Source: an uncultured virus (IMG/VR IMGVR_UViG_3300027373_000191)
Lineage: Duplodnaviria; Heunggongvirae; Uroviricota; Caudoviricetes
IMG/VR virus record: IMGVR_UViG_3300027373_000191
Length of the DNA: 64,000 nucleotides
Strand: one strand, 5' to 3'
The notes beneath the pieces were generated by a model, which searched no databases, had not been told where the DNA came from, and saw nothing but the letters and a program-made list of their open reading frames with translations. The position numbers were made by a program, and so were the translations under genes. Numbering within the stretch: position 1 is the first letter of the stretch; every line of letters starts with the position of its first letter. Positions 17,440-26,732 of the stretch are shown here, one piece after another.

Positions 17440-18159
17440 TTATCTCTTATCAAGTTCTCTCATGATTACTTCAGCAAATGATTTTATTCTATTTATAGGT
17501 AGAGAAGATATGCTTTTATTAGCTGTTCTTATCTCTTGATGATTGCTTATTATCCTTTTGGCAAGATGTAAAACTTTTATTAGTTCTTCATCAGAATAAT
17601 CTGGCAATTCTTTATATGATCCGTCATCTTTTTTTGTAGCTATATTGTAATCTACTATTTTTTTAGGAATACCTTTATTCGCAATTTTTGACTTATGCAT
17701 AGTTACGTATCTTGTCCCGAATTTTTCAGGATGATTAATTCTAACTAGAACTTCCTCACCAAAATCATATACATTTTTTAGCAACAATTCATTAGAAGCT
17801 TTTTTTGTGAATGAAAATGAAGTATTTTCGTTATTTAATATTGATTCTTTCAAGATCTTTGATCCTCTCTCCGTAAATGCAATTATTTTATTGTCTTTAT
17901 CTATGTATTCGACAAACCCCTTGGATACCAACATATCTATTTCTTTACTCGAAACACTAGAAGAAACCTTTACTATTTTATCGTCCCTTGCCTCAGATTT
18001 AAGCCAAATTGATCTTATAGATTCCTTATCACTGTCTCCTAACAATATGTCCTGCAACAAAGACATGGGTTGCTGTAAAAAAGGGGTAAGATTTGAATAA
18101 TCCTGTGCCTTTACATTCTCTTGCATTTGATCTTTAGTTTTACGAATTGGATATGGCAT
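17440..18159 (-). CDS. hypothetical protein, possible winged-helix segment
   Basis: 239-aa ORF with GGAGG RBS; LVSKGFVE...FTERG resembles a wHTH wing. Confidence 0.6.
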   Translation of the reverse strand: MPYPIRKTKDQMQENVKAQDYSNLTPFLQQPMSLLQDILLGDSDKESIRSIWLKSEARDDKIVKVSSSVSSKEIDMLVSKGFVEYIDKDNKIIAFTERGSKILKESILNNENTSFSFTKKASNELLLKNVYDFGEEVLVRINHPEKFGTRYVTMHKSKIANKGIPKKIVDYNIATKKDDGSYKELPDYSDEELIKVLHLAKRIISNHQEIRTANKSISSLPINRIKSFAEVIMRELDKR

Positions 18160-18185
18160 TTCCTATCCTCCCTTTTTTGCCTTTA

Positions 18186-19322
18186 TTAATATGGTCTCGA
18201 TAAAGAGTATTGCCCACGGTTAGATATATAATCATCCCATGAATTAACTCTTTGTCTCATGTCAGAATCAAAATTATTAGAATATTCTGATTGATACCAT
18301 CCACTTCCGGGTCCAGTTAGGTTTCTGTTATGAGGCCATGAACCGGGATTTTCTTTTGTTTTACGGGGATCAAGAGGGTTATATCTTCTCTGATTCTTTA
18401 GTCTTCCTCTCTGTGTCCAAGTATTTGATGGTTGAATAGCGTCTCCACCAGAATTTCTTTTCCTAACTCTAACTATTCTCTTTTTCCCATCTTTACCTTT
18501 AACTTCTTTTATCTCATACTCTTTGTTTGACTTTTGTTTCTGAGTATCAAATTCATTAGAAAACCCATCCTTGACACTAGACCAAGGAATAACTCTTTGA
18601 TCTTCCGTCATATCTAGCCTTCCAAAAGGAGTATTGGCAGGATTGTTATAAGTCGAACCACTGGAAGTTGGATTGGCAGGAGTAGCTGCCTCTTTTAGAA
18701 TATTTATTACCGAAAATCCTCTTCTATTTCTTCTGTGTTTTTTAACACGACTTATTTGTTGTGTATAATGATTTTTATGCCCACAATTATTACATTTATA
18801 AGCAGCCTCTCTCTCTCCATTATTATTCGTAAAGGAATATCCCAACCATTCAAATTCTTCTAAGGGCATTCTACATTTTTCACATTTATCGGTGAGCCTT
18901 TCTTTTCCCTTCTTGACAATTGAATTAACACCTTCGAATCCTGAAGGTAAGTTAGAAATATTACTTGGAAGCTCTGCATTTTCTGTATTTCTTGTTTTTA
19001 CATCTTGTATGTGCTGACCAGAAGTAAAGGTAGCGTCTGCTCCTACATATTCTTGAGAGAATTCTTGAGATGTTTTCATTAATTTTATTGTGGCTATTGC
19101 CGATTTATTATCTTTCAAGTCTTCTTTTATTTCTTCACATGTCTTCTTATATTCTTCAAGTCTATCAACTGGAACCCAACATTTTTTATCTTTAATTTTT
19201 AAATTAAAATACTCCCCCATGGAGCCACTAGGGCCACAAGAATTTTTTGGTCTTTCAGCATATTCTATGCCGTCAATCTCAATTGATTCTTTATTATCAG
19301 AAGATATTTTATACCAATTCAT
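18186..19322 (-). CDS. hypothetical virion-associated protein with N-terminal NWYK motif and zinc ribbon
   Basis: Starts MNWYKISS; CEKC...CNNC; low-complexity N/P/G-rich C-terminus. Confidence 0.7.
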   Translation of the reverse strand: MNWYKISSDNKESIEIDGIEYAERPKNSCGPSGSMGEYFNLKIKDKKCWVPVDRLEEYKKTCEEIKEDLKDNKSAIATIKLMKTSQEFSQEYVGADATFTSGQHIQDVKTRNTENAELPSNISNLPSGFEGVNSIVKKGKERLTDKCEKCRMPLEEFEWLGYSFTNNNGEREAAYKCNNCGHKNHYTQQISRVKKHRRNRRGFSVINILKEAATPANPTSSGSTYNNPANTPFGRLDMTEDQRVIPWSSVKDGFSNEFDTQKQKSNKEYEIKEVKGKDGKKRIVRVRKRNSGGDAIQPSNTWTQRGRLKNQRRYNPLDPRKTKENPGSWPHNRNLTGPGSGWYQSEYSNNFDSDMRQRVNSWDDYISNRGQYSLSRPY

Positions 19323-19394
19323 TTAATTCTCCAATAAACCATTATATGTCTGTTATTTATTTCGTAAAAAAAACGATTTCCCCCTCTAAAAATT

Positions 19395-19434
19395 AAAAAA
19401 AACCCCCTCTGAAACATTTTTTGTTCAGAGAGGG
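19395..19434 (-). terminator. rho-independent terminator after helicase
   Basis: Imperfect CCCCTCTGAA...TTCAGAGAGGG stem followed by T8 on the minus strand. Confidence 0.6.
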
Positions 19435-19457
19435 AAATATATTGCGAGCTAATTATG

Positions 19458-22400
19458 CTATATGTTGTTCATGATTTTTTGATATCGCTTATTCCCAAGG
19501 ATATCTATTGAGAGCTTAGGTTTTGACCTGACATCATTTATTGTCTTTATCCCCTTTTCAAATAATTGCTCGGCATAAGCTTTCCCTATCCCCGGAATCC
19601 TCACAAGATCTATATATTTTACATCAACACCGTATTTGAGTCTTTCCATGAGAATATCCCATTCTTTATTCCACCCATAACCAGAACACTTCCCAGAATC
19701 TTTAAAAACCTTTCCTATTTTTTCATCAGACATCTTAAGAGACTGAATTACCCTGTCTATATCCTTCGTGATAGCATAAGAAGAAGAATAAAGTAAAGGC
19801 TCTACGTCCCTTCCAGACAAGAGAGAATAAAAAATAGCAACATATTTAACATGAGGATATGAACTTGGATCTATTTTTAGTTTATTCGAAACTTCACAAA
19901 CAGATTCGCATTGTTTTTCTCTATTGGTAATATATACCGACTTATTTAATACCTCTTTCTTTCCATGCTTCGTTATTCCATAAGAATAGCTTTCAGCGAA
20001 TGATTTTGCTACAAGAAGATTTATTCTATCTTTTATATTTTCTGCGCATCCTTTTGGAGGATTGATATATTTTAATTTTGAGAAATTCTGGAACCAATCT
20101 GATAAATCCAACGGTGACATATACATCTGTGCCGCTATTTCTCCAAGTTTTGTTGCTTCATATTCTCCTTTATCATTAAGTCTGATCATATATCTTGATT
20201 TTAAATTTTCAAGAACAGCTTTAGAAGTATTTTCATTAATATGATTTTTCTGCACAGAAGAGAGTGTTTTTCTATACCATTCATATAAATCTGTAGAATT
20301 TTTAATTTTTCCAGTAACAACATAAGATAAGACATGGAACATCAAAGTATTTATATCGTTCATCACTGATGTTACTTTATATTCTTTAAATATTCTATCG
20401 GACTCTTTCTTCATCTCTGATTCTCCAACAAGAATATATGCGTCTCCTTTGTCAGAATACCCTGCTCTTCCTGCACGTCCTATTGACTGAATAACGTTTG
20501 CTGGATGCATAGGAGTTATTCCAAAACTTGTATGTGTCTGAATAACATATCTCGCAGGAGTGTTGCAGTTATGAGTAACTATTCCATTAACAATATAGTG
20601 ATGATGATCATTATCTAAAACAGACAAATCCATGACGATATCAGAAGGCTCTTCATCAATAATATATCTTACTCTTTCAGAAGAAAAATCTTTAATCTTT
20701 GAAGATGATATATTCCTTTGTTTCTTGAATTCAGGATCAAACCCATTAGAAACGGATAAATCTATAAAACTTTCAAAATTCTCAGATATAGATAATAATC
20801 TTCCCAATGCATTAGGAGTATAATGTTTTCTGGGTTTTCCTTTTCCATTTATTTTAGATAGTTTATAGTCGAAAAAACCATCAAATATATTTTTTCTAGA
20901 AAACAATCTTTCTTTATCTATATTCTTAAGAATTAACGACATTGGTACTCCACTATTTTTTAAACTATATTCAATAGTATTTTTAAATAAAGAAAATATT
21001 TTTTTATCTTTTAGACCATAAACAGAGGATGATATTGATCCATTGTTTAGTTTAAAAATAGAACCATAGTATGATTTTTTAAATATTTTATTAATTTTAT
21101 TTTTTCTAAAACAACATACCATAAGAGGTAAAATATTTTCATTAAAAAAAGAATACCCAGCAGAAGAACCTATTATCAATTCATAACATTTCTTTTTCCC
21201 ATTTATTTCTTTTTCTTCTCCCTTTTTATTCATCAGCTTACATTTAGCATTATTCCTCAGCCTAACAGACGTTTCTATTCCGAATCTCTTCATTGCAAGA
21301 ACAAAGAAATTAATCAGATGATAAGAAGTATTGTAAAAGCAAATTTTATTATCATCAATTCCTCCATCTGAATCCATTAGACCAGCTAGTGTATTAAATA
21401 TTTTGTTATCATCTAACCCTATTAAATCATACTTTATTATTTTTTCTTTTTTCGAAGAATACTTTACGTAATTTGTAAAAAAATCTCTACATTCCTTTCT
21501 AGAAACGACATGTTCTACTTCGTCAAAATTATTTTTTGAATTCCTATATCCAAACCCTAGATCAGATAAGCATTTTTTCACCTTTTTTCTTATATCTATA
21601 TCTGGAACGCAAAAATCAATACTCTTATTACTTAAGTGACCATCACCAGCCATAAATCCTATAAGGTAACAGGCTTTATCAGATAAATCATTATAAATAT
21701 CACTATTTGATAAGTTTATATTTGAATCAGAAATTAATTCATCACCAACGTTTATTTCTGAAGCTTTTTTTTCTCCTCCAGAAAAAATTGGGAAAGAATG
21801 ATCTTCTGTACAAACTACAGATAACCCACTCTTTAACACTATTCTTTTCATCGGAATTTTATTCCCAACAATAATTTTATTCATAACATTTGAGCTATTT
21901 TTTTCAAAATCACAAAAAGATATTATCTTACCTTTGTTTTCATCAGATATATCAACAAAACCGCTGTCTGTTGATATTTGGGAATCTACATCAAAGCATC
22001 CCCATGCAAGGGTCGTCGTAGCAATTAAGATATTAAAATCTAAGTTTTTAAAGCCTTTTTCTATTATATGTCTTTTTTCTCTATCTAAATCTGCATTATG
22101 AAAATGATAATTGATCCCCAGTGCCTTCAGAGAAGTTGATAGCCTATTGCCAAAATCTTTATTACCAACAAATACTAATGTCGGCTCATTCTTAAACCTT
22201 TGCACCATCTCTATGGTAGCTTCAAGCCTTTTCTGTTCTTTATCTGCATAAGCGATCCTCCTTCCATAATCAGAATCTTTGAAAGGTTGGAAGTGCTTGT
22301 TTAATTTACATGGTCTATAATTATTTACTATAGTTTTACTTTTTCTATCAGAAAGATGCTCTAGCCAAACACCGAAATCTTTTACATTTGGAATAGTAGC

Positions 22401-22994
22401 ACTAATAAGAAGTGATCTAGATTCTTTAGAACTTTCATAATACTGGACTAAGCCTATCTCTAGGGAGTCGCCGCGATTTTCCATGCCGATTAAATGTGCT
22501 TCATCCACCACTATCCATGTATTGTGAAGCCATTCATGATTTTCATAGAATCTGCATTTACTATTAAACATTTCTGGTGTCAAACAAATAATATTTGCAT
22601 TATCTAGCTTCTTCTTTTTGACATCATCAAGAATAAAGTCACCAGTAATAATTTCACATGAAAAATTACTGAAAGTGTGGGAAGGTTCAGACCATTCCTC
22701 ATATTTTTCATCAGCCAATGCTTTCATTGGAGCAATATATAATATTTTTTTTCCAAGAGAAATTCCTCTTGCGGCGAATAATTCTGCACATAGTGTTTTT
22801 CCACTCGATGTTGGCGATGCAACAACTATATTTACATCGTCATCCTCAAGATATGGAAGAAACTCGCTTTGTAGAGGATTTAAAAATTCAAACGGTAATG
22901 AAATATACTGTTTTACATGTTCTGATCTTATACAATTACTTTTAGGATTATGACTCCCAAGTGGCTGAACCAATTCGACTGGATATTCTTTCAT
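19458..22994 (-). CDS. Ski2/Hel308-like SF2 (DExH) helicase containing an intein
   Basis: SPTSSGKT, APMKALA, VDEAH, SAT, TTTLAWG|CNTPA, QSIGRAGR, C-terminal HhH IPGIG. Confidence 0.93.
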   Translation of the reverse strand: MKEYPVELVQPLGSHNPKSNCIRSEHVKQYISLPFEFLNPLQSEFLPYLEDDDVNIVVASPTSSGKTLCAELFAARGISLGKKILYIAPMKALADEKYEEWSEPSHTFSNFSCEIITGDFILDDVKKKKLDNANIICLTPEMFNSKCRFYENHEWLHNTWIVVDEAHLIGMENRGDSLEIGLVQYYESSKESRSLLISATIPNVKDFGVWLEHLSDRKSKTIVNNYRPCKLNKHFQPFKDSDYGRRIAYADKEQKRLEATIEMVQRFKNEPTLVFVGNKDFGNRLSTSLKALGINYHFHNADLDREKRHIIEKGFKNLDFNILIATTTLAWGCFDVDSQISTDSGFVDISDENKGKIISFCDFEKNSSNVMNKIIVGNKIPMKRIVLKSGLSVVCTEDHSFPIFSGGEKKASEINVGDELISDSNINLSNSDIYNDLSDKACYLIGFMAGDGHLSNKSIDFCVPDIDIRKKVKKCLSDLGFGYRNSKNNFDEVEHVVSRKECRDFFTNYVKYSSKKEKIIKYDLIGLDDNKIFNTLAGLMDSDGGIDDNKICFYNTSYHLINFFVLAMKRFGIETSVRLRNNAKCKLMNKKGEEKEINGKKKCYELIIGSSAGYSFFNENILPLMVCCFRKNKINKIFKKSYYGSIFKLNNGSISSSVYGLKDKKIFSLFKNTIEYSLKNSGVPMSLILKNIDKERLFSRKNIFDGFFDYKLSKINGKGKPRKHYTPNALGRLLSISENFESFIDLSVSNGFDPEFKKQRNISSSKIKDFSSERVRYIIDEEPSDIVMDLSVLDNDHHHYIVNGIVTHNCNTPARYVIQTHTSFGITPMHPANVIQSIGRAGRAGYSDKGDAYILVGESEMKKESDRIFKEYKVTSVMNDINTLMFHVLSYVVTGKIKNSTDLYEWYRKTLSSVQKNHINENTSKAVLENLKSRYMIRLNDKGEYEATKLGEIAAQMYMSPLDLSDWFQNFSKLKYINPPKGCAENIKDRINLLVAKSFAESYSYGITKHGKKEVLNKSVYITNREKQCESVCEVSNKLKIDPSSYPHVKYVAIFYSLLSGRDVEPLLYSSSYAITKDIDRVIQSLKMSDEKIGKVFKDSGKCSGYGWNKEWDILMERLKYGVDVKYIDLVRIPGIGKAYAEQLFEKGIKTINDVRSKPKLSIDILGNKRYQKIMNNI
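20568..21998 (-). mobile_element. intein with LAGLIDADG endonuclease (477 aa) in helicase motif V
   Basis: Begins CFDVDSQI, block B TEDH, LIGFMAGDG and LAGLMDSDG, ends VTHN before C. Confidence 0.92.
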
Positions 22995-23015
22995 CTGTCT
23001 CTCTTTCTTTTTATT

Positions 23016-23198
23016 TTACCCACAAAATGAATTATAATTTTTTTCACCATCAATATTCAATGGCTTTTCATTAAAGAAATTTTCAAAATCTTTATAACAA
23101 TCTTGATTCAACTCTTTGGCAATAAAAACCATCACCTCATGATCTCTATTTAGAAGAATCTCTCCTGTTTCAATGATTATCTCGATTTCTATTTCCAT
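23016..23198 (-). CDS. small hypothetical protein, N-terminus paralogous to the adjacent DUF2997-like gene
   Basis: MEIEIEIIIETGEI vs MKEIEVEIDIETGEI; TAATG coupling. Confidence 0.55.
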   Translation of the reverse strand: MEIEIEIIIETGEILLNRDHEVMVFIAKELNQDCYKDFENFFNEKPLNIDGEKNYNSFCG

Positions 23199-23404
23199 TA
23201 TAATCTTTTAATTTGTTGTTTTGATTTTATATTTATTTTTTCTTTCTGGATTTTTTCTGGCTTATCTTTATGAGAAATTTCTTCGGCATCTATTGATTTT
23301 TGAATTTGATCCAAGATATCTTCACAACTCTTCCCTTTGAAAAGTTTTGTTTCGAAAATTATTTCTCCTGTCTCAATATCTATTTCTACTTCTATTTCTT
23401 TCAT
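23198..23404 (-). CDS. DUF2997-like protein
   Basis: IEVEID..TGEI.FET..FKGKSC...KPE pattern. Confidence 0.7.
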   Translation of the reverse strand: MKEIEVEIDIETGEIIFETKLFKGKSCEDILDQIQKSIDAEEISHKDKPEKIQKEKINIKSKQQIKRL

Positions 23405-23412
23405 AATTTTCC

Positions 23413-23763
23413 TCAGTCGAATGACCTAAGACGTAATTTAATTTTACCATTCTCTTTCTTTCTTTCAACAAGTTCAAAATTCATCTTCTTAGATTCTTTA
23501 ATTATCTTTTTTGAGCTATAAATTACTTTGATTTTTATAGATAACTCTTTTAAATCATTAAGGTTACAATCGCCAACTAATAGATATGAATTATTTTCCT
23601 GCTTCTCTAGAGTAATATCTGTGCCATACCAAGTTTTAACGCCATGATTTTTAAGTACTATTCTTTCGCCATCTTTTATGAAAGATATATTCAAATCAGA
23701 ACATGCTTCTTCGATAAAAGATATATCTGTTAAATTTGCATCGACTTTTCTTATTTCACTCAT
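23413..23763 (-). CDS. DUF1257/Ycf35-like protein
   Basis: MSEIRKVDANLTD..FIEEACSDL, DI, Y.LVGD, ENGKIKLRL; adjacent to a DUF2997-like gene as usual. Confidence 0.7.
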   Translation of the reverse strand: MSEIRKVDANLTDISFIEEACSDLNISFIKDGERIVLKNHGVKTWYGTDITLEKQENNSYLLVGDCNLNDLKELSIKIKVIYSSKKIIKESKKMNFELVERKKENGKIKLRLRSFD

Positions 23764-23775
23764 CGCACAATCCTA

Positions 23776-24606
23776 TTATACTAAAAATATGTCACTGGCG
23801 ATATCAAAAAGAGAATTATCATCAATATTATAAGATAAACCTCTATTAATAAGCAGTTTAACCTGATTAATTGAATCTTCCATGGACATCCCCTGCTCTT
23901 TAAGATTCATCAAAGATTGCCTAAGAATATTATCTGAAGATGTTGACGCCATTTTGTTTTTAAATTTTAATTTAACATTTATCTTTAAACTATCTGTATC
24001 TTTTGTCATAAGATGACGTTTACATTCACTTATTTCTTTGTAAAATTCTTTTTTTAACATATCTAATGTTCTTTTCCCAAAATTTATTTCTTTAGCTTTA
24101 CTATATTTTTTGGATAAAGACATCATTCTCCTTGTTATTCCTACAAGTCTATACGGTCTTAATACTAATTTTTGAGAACTATTTATTAAAGGTTGCAAGA
24201 ACACACATACATTTTCATAAGATATGTCGCCATCAATTTTTAAATGCTTCTCCATTTGGCTGATGAGTTTTAACATTTGCTCAATTGTTTCGGGGTCAAA
24301 CAATCTGTTAGCTATAACCTTTATTGATCTATTTTCTCCCAATGAAGTCTGATTGTATCCATCACTATCAAATTCAGTATCAAGATGGTCATACCCCTTG
24401 GGTAATATATCGTCATTATTCATTGGTTTTCTTATATTTATAAACTTAATTTTATCATCAATATTATTTTTCTTTTTCTTACTATCAGACAAAACAGAGG
24501 ATTCTTTATACTGGCATTGATCGGTCATATCCTCTATTGTTTTATAGAGTAATTCCTTTTCTTTTCTATTGAGGAAATAAGCTTTTTTCATTAATTCGTA
24601 TAACAT
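23776..24606 (-). CDS. hypothetical protein
   Basis: 276-aa ORF in the operon; no recognisable motif. Confidence 0.65.
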   Translation of the reverse strand: MLYELMKKAYFLNRKEKELLYKTIEDMTDQCQYKESSVLSDSKKKKNNIDDKIKFINIRKPMNNDDILPKGYDHLDTEFDSDGYNQTSLGENRSIKVIANRLFDPETIEQMLKLISQMEKHLKIDGDISYENVCVFLQPLINSSQKLVLRPYRLVGITRRMMSLSKKYSKAKEINFGKRTLDMLKKEFYKEISECKRHLMTKDTDSLKINVKLKFKNKMASTSSDNILRQSLMNLKEQGMSMEDSINQVKLLINRGLSYNIDDNSLFDIASDIFLV

Positions 24607-24612
24607 TTTTTT

Positions 24613-25740
24613 TTACCTTTGAAAATTAAAATTTATTCCATTTTTTTCTAGGAATGGTTTTAATTTATCTATTGGAATAATGGCGTTAAGCCCAGAACCT
24701 GATTTTTCTGATGAATTTTCTCCTATAATAGCAGCGGCAATTCCGATTACAGCTAAATTATCTTTTTTTACAATAGGACCACCACTATTGCCCGGAAGAA
24801 TATTTGTTGACACAAACATATAGGGCGTCGTCTGATTTCCTTGAGTATAATTTATTGGCGCACTAGAAACAATCCCTGTCCCAACAACATTTTCATATCC
24901 TAATGGCGTTCCAACTATATATATCTCTTCTCCAATTTGAACTTCCGAAGAATTGCCTAAACTAAAATATTGTGGAGACTTAAAACTATCGTCATTAACA
25001 ACAAGAACAGCAACATCTAAATTTGTGTCATAGGCCCAAACATATGCACCATATTTTTTACCATTCATAATTAATGTAGTCTGAGTACCCTTTAAATTCC
25101 CATTGGGAATAACAACATGGGCACATGTCATTATGGTGTTTTCTCCAATAAAAAAACCTGTCCCTATTTCCATCGTTTCTCCGTTTACGGATCGCAAAGT
25201 AACTGATCGTTGTAAAGCTAATTGAATATTATCTTTATTGTTTTGAGGATTAGATGAGTTCTTATAATTATCTGTAGCAGGAGAATCCGTAGATTTATTA
25301 TCTAAAGTCTTGGAAGGAGATTCTCCGACGATATCCTTATATGTATCTGTAATCCAACTTTGATTATTCCAAAATGGTATTTTTGGACCGCCGCTTCCCC
25401 ATTGTGCTATTTTGATTCTATTATTTTTTATAGAAGAAGTTTGTTTGTTTCTTGTTTTTTTAAAAATATGATTTTTATACCAATTTTTTTTGAGATTCTT
25501 TTTTTGTTTCTTTTTTTCTTCCCTTTCTTTTTCAATTTTTTTTTCAATTAACGGTGTTTTATCAGATTCACTAAAATAATCGTTTGGGTGGTGATTATTG
25601 TCGCTTGGAGCCAATAATCCAGTATGTGCATCTCCACCCATATTCCCATATGGAGATAATCTTGTTTTATCCGACAATTCACTTCCGCCAAATGGATCAG
25701 TTCCAAAGCCAGCAGATACTTTATACCATGTTTTGTTCAT
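24613..25740 (-). CDS. trypsin-like (S1/HtrA-type) serine protease with WYK-containing N-terminal extension
   Basis: GTGFFI, TCAHV, DVAVL, PGNSGGP; N-terminus MNKTWYKVSA, internal KNWYK and KIAQ. Confidence 0.92.
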   Translation of the reverse strand: MNKTWYKVSAGFGTDPFGGSELSDKTRLSPYGNMGGDAHTGLLAPSDNNHHPNDYFSESDKTPLIEKKIEKEREEKKKQKKNLKKNWYKNHIFKKTRNKQTSSIKNNRIKIAQWGSGGPKIPFWNNQSWITDTYKDIVGESPSKTLDNKSTDSPATDNYKNSSNPQNNKDNIQLALQRSVTLRSVNGETMEIGTGFFIGENTIMTCAHVVIPNGNLKGTQTTLIMNGKKYGAYVWAYDTNLDVAVLVVNDDSFKSPQYFSLGNSSEVQIGEEIYIVGTPLGYENVVGTGIVSSAPINYTQGNQTTPYMFVSTNILPGNSGGPIVKKDNLAVIGIAAAIIGENSSEKSGSGLNAIIPIDKLKPFLEKNGINFNFQR

Positions 25741-26564
25741 TTATCATGACCTTTGCTCGTTAAAATAATTCCATAATTTACACTCTTAATAGTATTCGCA
25801 ACAAATGACTTGATATTCCTTCGTTTTTTACTATTATATCCTATTTTGATTTTCGAAATAGAAACAAAAGGAGCGGGAGTAATATGACATAATATAAATT
25901 TTTTTCTATGTTTTCTGATAGAAAAATGATGTGTTGACAATGCTATTCCGTCTACTGCCTGAGTCTCTGGTTTTGCGTCTCCTTTATTTTTATTTTGTTT
26001 TATAAACCCTAATATTTTTCTTATTCTAGAAGTAACAACTCCATCTAAAGCTGTTGTATTGCTTAATTCTTTTAATTTATCAACTATCCAGAACTGCCCA
26101 ACAATAGTTTGATTACACTCGCTTATATCCTTTTTTGTTTTACTAACTTCATAAATAATATGTTTTATTGGGAATATATGGAATAATTTATTGGCCACTT
26201 CTATTTCAAAATTCCTATTTTCTACAACATTACTATTCATTTCTCCTAAATTATATTTTGTGTGTTTAAAATTACTATTTTCATCTATAGGCAGTTCTAC
26301 ATGTGCTCCCAATAAAGTAAATTTTGCTGATTGAACACCAATACCAGTATAATGTTTTCCCGGATCTATACCCAGTGAAATATCTTGTATCTTGGGATTA
26401 ATTATATCTTTTCTTAATTTAATACAAAAAATTCCAAAATCATTTTCAAACATCATTGCTTTTTCTTCTTTTATTAATCTCTTAGCTTTAGAAAATCTTG
26501 TCGGCATTAATGGCGTCCCATTATTATTTATTACGGGAACCCTTTGATTTGTTTTATATTTCAT
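25737..26564 (-). CDS. RRXRR-family (IsrB/IscB-like) protein, degenerate
   Basis: GTPLMPT (PLMP domain), RuvC-I LGIDPG, RuvC-II IIYE, RuvC-III QAVDGIAL; no HNH, Arg-rich bridge helix absent. Confidence 0.85.
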   Translation of the reverse strand: MKYKTNQRVPVINNNGTPLMPTRFSKAKRLIKEEKAMMFENDFGIFCIKLRKDIINPKIQDISLGIDPGKHYTGIGVQSAKFTLLGAHVELPIDENSNFKHTKYNLGEMNSNVVENRNFEIEVANKLFHIFPIKHIIYEVSKTKKDISECNQTIVGQFWIVDKLKELSNTTALDGVVTSRIRKILGFIKQNKNKGDAKPETQAVDGIALSTHHFSIRKHRKKFILCHITPAPFVSISKIKIGYNSKKRRNIKSFVANTIKSVNYGIILTSKGHDK

Positions 26565-26580
26565 AAAAAACCTATATATA

Positions 26581-26610
26581 AAAAAATAATCCAGTCAGAG
26601 AAGACTGGAT
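26581..26610 (-). terminator. terminator-like hairpin just upstream of the RRXRR gene
   Basis: ATCCAGTC-6nt-GACTGGAT followed by TATTTTTTT on the minus strand. Confidence 0.55.
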
Positions 26611-26612
26611 GT

Positions 26613-26719
26613 AAAAAAAACTGAGCATAACTGGTGTGCCGATCTTTTCAGAGCGGGAGAGCTACAATTAGAGAGATAATCCCTTGATTCGTGCTTTCTG
26701 TCTTTTCCAATTATGCTCA
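26613..26719 (-). ncRNA. candidate structured ~100-nt RNA
   Basis: 13-bp closing helix TGAGCATAATTGG/CCAGTTATGCTCA (G-U pair only on the minus strand), GC-richer interior, followed by T8. Confidence 0.4.
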
Positions 26720-26732
26720 TTTCTTCTATTGA

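Noticed and set aside
15286..19390. Shared late-promoter motif (GGAAAT...GAA) upstream of 15285 and 19322
   Set aside because: Too few instances with inconsistent spacing in very AT-rich DNA; needs genome-wide motif discovery
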